Below the pieces are notes generated by a model that was given only the letters and a program-made list of their open reading frames with translations, had not been told where the DNA came from and did no database searches. The position numbers and the translations under genes were made by a program. Positions 58,358 to 64,000 of a stretch of DNA of 64,000 nucleotides are shown piece after piece (the stretch's first letter is position 1; each line of letters starts with the position of its first letter). The stretch is from assembly GCA_048939995.1 (NCBI GenBank), contig JBHLOY010000003.1, positions 160,001 through 224,000 on the forward strand, in the 5' to 3' direction. The DNA comes from Promethearchaeota archaeon. Its GTDB lineage: Archaea > Asgardarchaeota > Lokiarchaeia > Sigyniarchaeales > SOKP01.

Positions 58358-59107
58358 TTAGAGAATTCTTTGTTGATGAACGTACTCGTCAGCAAGTCTC
58401 TTAAGTTGATATTCTTTAATCTGCAACTCTAATAAACCTAATACTTTTTTAAACTCACTCGACATAGATTCTATGTCAACATCTGCAAGCTTCTCAACTT
58501 CATCCCGCTTAATTTTAAATTGTTCTAAGTTAAATTGAATTTTTTCATGTAATTTATTGATTGAACTAACTAAATCCTCTGTATTCTTCTTAGTGATTTT
58601 TCTCATTTTCCTAAGAATTGCTAAAATAGCTGACACAGAATTCTCCCACATTTCATAGCGTTCATTATATCCTTGAAAAAAGTCCTCAAAGAATTGAGCT
58701 AACTTGAAATAGATACTATCTTTCTTAGAAATTGAAGACTTCTTAGTAAGCTCTTTTACTGATGAAATTACTTCTTTTTCTTCTTTTACACTCTCTACAG
58801 GTTTCTCCACACTTTTCTCTTTTTCAGTTACCGTAGTTCGGTCCTTAGTTTGACCACGTTCTGATAGTGGCACCTCTTCCATCATATAATCTTCAGCAAT
58901 TTTCTTTTTAGCTTCATATGAAAGTTGAGGTTCAATTTTCTTCTCTTCTTCTTTTGGTGCTATATAACCAGTATCTTCTGAAAATGCTTTAAGTAAATCT
59001 TGTAAAGCGGTTTCAGTTTTCTTTGAACTCTTTAATGCTGTATCAAGAGTGTAACTAGAAACTGTATCTTCTTCCTTTACCTTTTCTTTTTTCTTTTTCT
59101 TTCCCAT
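58358..59107 (-). CDS. Hypothetical protein with K/E-rich disordered N-half and helical/coiled-coil C-half
   Basis: 249-aa ORF separated by about 30-bp gaps from both co-oriented neighbours. Confidence 0.75.
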   Translation of the reverse strand: MGKKKKKEKVKEEDTVSSYTLDTALKSSKKTETALQDLLKAFSEDTGYIAPKEEEKKIEPQLSYEAKKKIAEDYMMEEVPLSERGQTKDRTTVTEKEKSVEKPVESVKEEKEVISSVKELTKKSSISKKDSIYFKLAQFFEDFFQGYNERYEMWENSVSAILAILRKMRKITKKNTEDLVSSINKLHEKIQFNLEQFKIKRDEVEKLADVDIESMSSEFKKVLGLLELQIKEYQLKRLADEYVHQQRIL

Positions 59108-59138
59108 TTGAAGTGATCAACATTTTCTGTTTATTATA

Positions 59139-59540
59139 TTATTCTAATGGAAGAACTTCTACTTTTATAGCCTCTCCTTTTTCTCTTAGAACTTTTCTAA
59201 GCTCGTCAAGATTATCTGGGCTTTCAGAAATCACTGTCCATTCAGCAGTCTTATCTTTTTCGATAATTACTGCTTCACTATACATCATACTAAGACCTTG
59301 TTCCCCAAACGTACCAGCAAGTTTTGCAAGCGCTCCTGGAACATCTTTCATAGTTATTCTTAGCTTTATTGGCCTTTTTTCATCTGATAAACCTATAGGC
59401 GTAATCTTAATTTCTTTATTTTCTGAATCAGCTACTAACATTAGCTGAGAATTCGTTGTAAGGCCCAAACTCTTTCGAATTAACTGAGGAATTACAATTC
59501 TGCCTCTATTATCAATTGTGATCACTCTGACTTCTTTCAT
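59139..59540 (-). CDS. AbrB/MazE-type DNA-binding domain plus ACT domain regulator
   Basis: ID.RGRIVIP..IRK.LG and D.PGALA.L ACT motif. Confidence 0.88.
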   Translation of the reverse strand: MKEVRVITIDNRGRIVIPQLIRKSLGLTTNSQLMLVADSENKEIKITPIGLSDEKRPIKLRITMKDVPGALAKLAGTFGEQGLSMMYSEAVIIEKDKTAEWTVISESPDNLDELRKVLREKGEAIKVEVLPLE

Positions 59541-59718
59541 AGTATCAAGTTTTTGTAATTTTAGTTATAATTATTATTAAATTTCGAATATAAAAATTTT
59601 ATATTTAGACGTATGTTAAAAAAGAGATTTAAGAAAAAAATTTATCTTTAATTAAGTTTAAATAACATTTCTATTTAATTTTACACTTTAAAGTTTCTAT
59701 AAGCTTTTTCTATTAGCT

Positions 59719-60108
59719 TTATTCTTGAATTGCTTTTAAATGAGCTTTTGCATTGAGTGGTAATAAAGGTGCACATGCCATGAGTTTACTAACATCTCCT
59801 TCAACAACGTATGATCCAGACATAGTTGCCTGAATTGGGTCAGATTCTCCCGAATTAACTTTCTTAATCGTTTCAAAGTTTGTCTTATGAATAATTATTG
59901 GAACTTTAGTCCCCGAATATTGACCCATTCCCCAATCCATCTTACTTTTATTAATGAATTGCCAGTAACTCATCTCTGGTTTATCAGTAATTTTATATTG
60001 AAATACCAATGGTGCAACTGGTTCTAATAGTTGTGCTAAACCTTGTAACTCATTATAGGCTTTCATGAAACGTGAAAGATATTGTTTCCATTCTTCTTTT
60101 GTCTCCAA
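59719..60108 (-). CDS. SCP2 (sterol carrier protein 2-like) lipid-binding protein
   Basis: G..DP.QA.MSG...VEGD...LM signature; strong SD GGAGGTGA (60117-60124) 8 nt before TTG 60108; the track start at 60261 is the alternative. Confidence 0.8.
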   Translation of the reverse strand: METKEEWKQYLSRFMKAYNELQGLAQLLEPVAPLVFQYKITDKPEMSYWQFINKSKMDWGMGQYSGTKVPIIIHKTNFETIKKVNSGESDPIQATMSGSYVVEGDVSKLMACAPLLPLNAKAHLKAIQE

Positions 60109-60253
60109 ATTTATTTTCACCTCCTTTATTTTTTGATTCTTAATTTTTGGTTTGTTAAAATTGATATGATTAATTATAATGCCTTTTTCACTGACTTTTT
60201 GAGTCATTAGTTCTATATCATATGTTGGAGATCTTATATCCTCTACTTCTTCA

Positions 60254-60397
60254 TTACTCATGCAATTTAAAGGATCTATTGCTTTCTCTATTAAGAAATA
60301 TAATATATCCTATCCGAAGGGTTGAGGAACCAATTGAAGTGTAATTGAAATGATCAAATTTGTTATTATTGTAATCTCTAGTAGTTATAAACTTCAT
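60254..60397 (-). CDS. Possible small ORF (47 aa) inside the biosynthetic cluster
   Basis: Manual translation MKFITTRDYNNNKFDHFNYTSIGSSTLRIGYIIFLNRESNRSFKLHE*; co-oriented with the cluster; only a weak SD. Confidence 0.25.
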   Translation of the reverse strand: MKFITTRDYNNNKFDHFNYTSIGSSTLRIGYIIFLNRESNRSFKLHE

Positions 60398-60443
60398 ATT
60401 TATTGATTTCCCTTGATTATTTTAATTTTTAAATAGAGATAAT

Positions 60444-61616
60444 CTACATATAAGAATCAAGGCCCGCTTTACAACCCATTCCTAAGAAATCTACCATCGC
60501 GCCGTTATAGTCATTTTCGATTTTATAGTAAAGACCTTTATTTGTAAATGTAACTCCCCAAATGAACTTACTTGATTTGCTTTGAAGTGGAGTTTTCTCA
60601 ACAAAATCTTTCATTAAGGGATGTAAATGCACTGGAACCTCCTTTGGGTCATCACACGCCATCCCAAAGCACAAACGTTCTAACTCTTCTGAAGTCCAAT
60701 TAAAAGTAAAATTTAGATGGACTGCTTTACGACAACTTTCCATTATTTCGCTAGAGGCGGGCTTGAGTCCTAAGTCCTCAACAAGTGCAATAGTGCTTTC
60801 GTATAGGGATCTAGCAGGCTGCTTAAGCATAAAGTAAATATTGGTGGTATTATGCAAGAAATCAAATGCAAAAAGACTAAATGCTGTTAAACCATGTTTA
60901 TCAAAGTATTCTCTATAATTTTTCATACTTTCTGGGATTGACTTCATCGTATAAATTGGATCTATGGAACCTGGTACTATGAATGGCCAAATCTTTGATA
61001 AACCACTTGTTGCATCTATATCCACCCCATAACCCATTATATCAAATGTGTTTATAACCTCTACTATCATATCATGGATAGGATGTCCATTCTTCTCGAT
61101 TAATTTTTTATTTACAGCTGTAGTATAAGGATCTGGATTATGAGGGATAAAGAATTCAACATATCGTACGGCTACATCTCTTTTTTCGGCTGGTTTTGTT
61201 GTTGTTCTCATCGATATTGGTGCCCCTCTAAAGAATTTTTCATAAGCATTTAATGTCCTCCAAATAGCTTCTTCATTAAATGCTACTCTAGTAAAATTAC
61301 AAATAATTGAAATATCCTTTACCATCTGAGTGAGATCTGTATTGCATTTAAAATTAGATTGTACCTTTGGTAGGTATTTATCATAATTTATTCCAAGCTT
61401 TTGTAGATCTCCTATCATAGTTGGTTGAAAAGCTGGAGGGGTTACTTCAAACAAAGCTACTACTAAATCAATCTCAGCTACTTCACTTCCATTGCGTTCT
61501 ATACATTTTTTTTCCGCAGCTTCAAAAAGTGCTGGTCTTACAGCTGGTCTCACCATTTCTGGGATTCCTAAAATTACCTTCTCAAAAAGGCTTTTTACTT
61601 CTGGTTGCCATTTCAT
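60444..61616 (-). CDS. ABBA-type (CloQ/NphB, PT-barrel) aromatic prenyltransferase with N-terminal PCP_red/DUF2621-like helical domain
   Basis: L.AY..FF, MRTTT.P...RD..VRY, DPY..A, YGVD.D...GL.KIW.F, S.FAFDF...T.NIYF, F.W.S...ERLCF and YYKIE.DY; N-terminal W..E....F......IP..VR......AE. Confidence 0.8.
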   Translation of the reverse strand: MKWQPEVKSLFEKVILGIPEMVRPAVRPALFEAAEKKCIERNGSEVAEIDLVVALFEVTPPAFQPTMIGDLQKLGINYDKYLPKVQSNFKCNTDLTQMVKDISIICNFTRVAFNEEAIWRTLNAYEKFFRGAPISMRTTTKPAEKRDVAVRYVEFFIPHNPDPYTTAVNKKLIEKNGHPIHDMIVEVINTFDIMGYGVDIDATSGLSKIWPFIVPGSIDPIYTMKSIPESMKNYREYFDKHGLTAFSLFAFDFLHNTTNIYFMLKQPARSLYESTIALVEDLGLKPASSEIMESCRKAVHLNFTFNWTSEELERLCFGMACDDPKEVPVHLHPLMKDFVEKTPLQSKSSKFIWGVTFTNKGLYYKIENDYNGAMVDFLGMGCKAGLDSYM

Positions 61617-61645
61617 TTTATTTTAACCTCTTCTATTTTAATTAA

Positions 61646-63061
61646 TTAATTTTGATATTTTGCAAATTGAATTTGGCTCAATTCAGCAAACCCTTCTGGA
61701 TTATTGAAACCAAGACCTGGCATCATCCATCTTGGATTTTTCTCACCATATTGCCTCAATAGGTGGAATAAGTCTGTCTCTTTAATTTGTGGTGATATAT
61801 AAAACCTAGGTTTTAGTAAATTCTCATTCTGTTGTATTATTCCCTCTTCTTCAGCAATACGTTGAAGTGGAGTATGGGGGTAGATTCTCATCCCTATAAA
61901 TATGATAACATCTCCATCACCTTGCCATAGATTTCTCTTATAGTTTTCTAAAGTTTCTAACCGATCTAACGAGATTCTAATACTTTTAAGAGTCTCTCCT
62001 GGGCCTCCAACAATAACATGTATCAATTGTTCGATTCCTAAATCAAAGCACTTTTTTGAAGTAAGAATCGCATCATCTGAAGTTCTTTCTTTATTCATAT
62101 TTTTTAACATCTCTTCAGAAAGAGATTCTATACCCGTAGCAAAGTGAATAGCACCACTTTCTCTCATCATCGGCATTAAATCAAGAAATTTTCTACTAGG
62201 AACGTAATTTGCTCCCCAGTTAATATCAATTTTTTGTTTAATAATCTCTTGACATGTTTCCTTTACGTGATCATAATTTAAGTTGAATAAACTATCTACA
62301 ATAAAAATATTTTTAATTCCATAATTGTTTATTATTATATCTAATTCTTCTGCAATGTTTTTCGGAGATCGATAACGAACATTGGACCCTTCTATGTATT
62401 TATAACTACAATAAATACAATTCATTGGGCAACCGCGTTTAGTTTGAATATTAGCCCAAATCGGACCCGATTTTTTCATAGGATCAATAAGGTATGCATC
62501 ATTATCTATTAAGGCCCTTAATGGAAAAGGAAGTTCATTTAAATTTTCAACTCGCCATGGTGGACTTTGGTGGTATTTACCCGTATTGCTTAGAAAGCAT
62601 ACACCGCGTTCAATTTTTTTGGGATTCTCATGATTTTTAATCTTTTCTAATATTTCAGCAAATACAAGTTCACCATCCCCAACAACGCCTATATCGTGCT
62701 TTAAATCACGTAAAATCTCCTCCGAAAAAATAGAAAACCCTGCTCCACCTAAAATTATTGGAATATGGGGCTCAACTAGTTGTTTAAGGTATTGAAGAAT
62801 ATTTTTAACGGGTAGATAAAAAAATAGATTCCCAGGATAAGTAGTTGAATCGACATTTCTGATCGAAAAACCTATTACGTGAGGATTAAAGTCATATATT
62901 GCTTTCGAAATATCTTGTTTATAATTATTACTTAAAGTCAAATCTAGTAACTTCACTTCATGACCTCGATTCATTAAGAAAGAAGCTAAATATGCTTCTC
63001 CTATTGGAGGTACCATCACATGGACTATCTCTCGACTTCCAGAAATTATTAACACTCTCAC
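61646..63061 (-). CDS. Cobalamin-binding radical SAM enzyme (class B; TsrM/lipid-associated type)
   Basis: PPIG.AYLA, GFSIRNVD, GG.GFS, G.GE, QTKRGCPMNCIYC, GIESLS and GGPGET. Confidence 0.9.
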   Translation of the reverse strand: MRVLIISGSREIVHVMVPPIGEAYLASFLMNRGHEVKLLDLTLSNNYKQDISKAIYDFNPHVIGFSIRNVDSTTYPGNLFFYLPVKNILQYLKQLVEPHIPIILGGAGFSIFSEEILRDLKHDIGVVGDGELVFAEILEKIKNHENPKKIERGVCFLSNTGKYHQSPPWRVENLNELPFPLRALIDNDAYLIDPMKKSGPIWANIQTKRGCPMNCIYCSYKYIEGSNVRYRSPKNIAEELDIIINNYGIKNIFIVDSLFNLNYDHVKETCQEIIKQKIDINWGANYVPSRKFLDLMPMMRESGAIHFATGIESLSEEMLKNMNKERTSDDAILTSKKCFDLGIEQLIHVIVGGPGETLKSIRISLDRLETLENYKRNLWQGDGDVIIFIGMRIYPHTPLQRIAEEEGIIQQNENLLKPRFYISPQIKETDLFHLLRQYGEKNPRWMMPGLGFNNPEGFAELSQIQFAKYQN

Positions 63062-63090
63062 AGTTTTTCTACCCCAATTAATCTCTAATG

Positions 63091-63999
63091 TTATTTTTCA
63101 AGTAATTCAATTTTTTTAGCCACATTAACTTCATGTTTGTGATCATTTTCATGCCAGCAGAATGGAAATGAGCCAAAGAAATCTCCAGTAATATATTCTG
63201 CAGTTACTCGACAACCACCACCGCAATATTTGAGGTGATGACAATCTGCACATTTTCCTCTAATCTTTTTTCTATCACGAATATCCTTATATAGTTGGGA
63301 ATTTAATACATCTTCAAAATTATCCTTTAGGGCATTTCCTAACGTTAAAGAGGTAGGGTATCCCGCAGGATAAATAGTTCCATCTATTCCAATACCCATC
63401 ATTGTTCTACAAGCTAAACACCCTACCCCCCATTCAATTGCAGCCAATTCCTTGTCATCTTGTGGTTGTTCCATAAACGGAACCATATCATAAATTTCAT
63501 AGGCAGGTAGTGTGCCAGCTTTACCTTTTCTTATCGTTTCAATTGCATGCTTATATTTAAAATTATACATTTTTTTATATTCTTCTGTACTAAGCCCTAT
63601 TTCATTCCAAAATTGAGCTGCTCGATTTTGTTTAACTACACATCTAAAATATGGTTGTGAACCCCATCTCTCAGATAATTCTTTAAGTTCTTCTAATTCA
63701 TCAATATTTTGTTTCATGACTGTTATTGATGAACATACAAAAATCCCATACTTTAAGCAAAGATCTATAGCCTTTTTGGCATATACTAAGGAATTTGAGA
63801 ATCCTCGTATGTGATCATTCTTTTCTGGGTCTGCACTGTCAAAACTAACAAATATGTGACTAATATTATTAACTTTGCACATTTTAGCAAATTTTTCATT
63901 AAACTGAACTCCATTGGTGATAAGAGCATGAATATAGTCTTTTTCTTTGCAAAATCTCATGATCTCACCGATATCTTTTCGCAAGGTAGGTTCACCACC
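63091..63999 (-). CDS. Radical SAM/SPASM-domain protein, 5'-truncated by the window edge
   Basis: Frame is open to the edge (GGEPTLRKD); TNG, S.D....HD.IRG; SPASM C..C and CADC....YCGGGCR...C. Confidence 0.88.
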   Translation of the reverse strand, partial: GGEPTLRKDIGEIMRFCKEKDYIHALITNGVQFNEKFAKMCKVNNISHIFVSFDSADPEKNDHIRGFSNSLVYAKKAIDLCLKYGIFVCSSITVMKQNIDELEELKELSERWGSQPYFRCVVKQNRAAQFWNEIGLSTEEYKKMYNFKYKHAIETIRKGKAGTLPAYEIYDMVPFMEQPQDDKELAAIEWGVGCLACRTMMGIGIDGTIYPAGYPTSLTLGNALKDNFEDVLNSQLYKDIRDRKKIRGKCADCHHLKYCGGGCRVTAEYITGDFFGSFPFCWHENDHKHEVNVAKKIELLEK

Positions 64000-64000
64000 A

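Noticed and set aside
60321-60351. GTTGAGGAACCAATTGAAGTGTAATTGAAAT resembles a CRISPR repeat (GTT...ATTGAAA)
   Set aside because: Single copy, no second repeat at spacer distance, and no cas genes in the window
1570-63081. Other short overlapping ORFs in the track (e.g. 1570, 4125, 7987, 9200, 10519, 17309, 18098, 18719, 21404, 22113, 22443, 24642, 29804, 34723, 35852, 37711, 38473, 40437, 46422, 46765, 48869, 52466, 57129, 59113, 61421, 62899)
   Set aside because: They lie antisense to, or out of frame within, well-supported genes and have no recognisable motifs
1-64000. Prophage, IS element or tRNA-integrated island
   Set aside because: No integrase, transposase or viral genes, and no duplicated tRNA 3' end seen

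Overview
AT-rich (roughly 30% GC by eye), gene-dense archaeal window. It most likely comes from an Asgard archaeon (Lokiarchaeia-like); this is inferred from the gene content: actin-related protein, roadblock, MglA-type GTPase, longin/uDENN-like protein, PCI/DDRGK-like winged-helix protein, GIFT/IFT52-like protein and an archaeal-type intron-containing tRNA-Gln. Housekeeping genes include gatAB, asnS, gyrBA, pdaD, two tandem deoxyhypusine synthases, folP/cofE, a DEAD-box helicase, acyl-CoA catabolic enzymes and two solitary DNA methyltransferases. I saw no CRISPR array, rRNA or transposase. Five things stand out. (1) At the right edge, a candidate biosynthetic cluster: SPASM radical SAM, B12-dependent radical SAM, a CloQ/NphB-type ABBA aromatic prenyltransferase and an SCP2 lipid carrier. 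(2) An operon with a divergent actin-related protein, a catalytically dead CHAT/caspase-fold protein and a dead PLD-fold protein. (3) A 788-aa mosaic protein with Zn fingers, DDRGK/UFL1-like WH repeats, a PCI end and a coat-appendage-like module. (4) tRNA-Gln(CUG) with a variable-loop intron that can also pair with its own anticodon loop. (5) A 155-nt structured non-coding element upstream of that tRNA. All family calls come from motif recognition by eye; no database searches were run.
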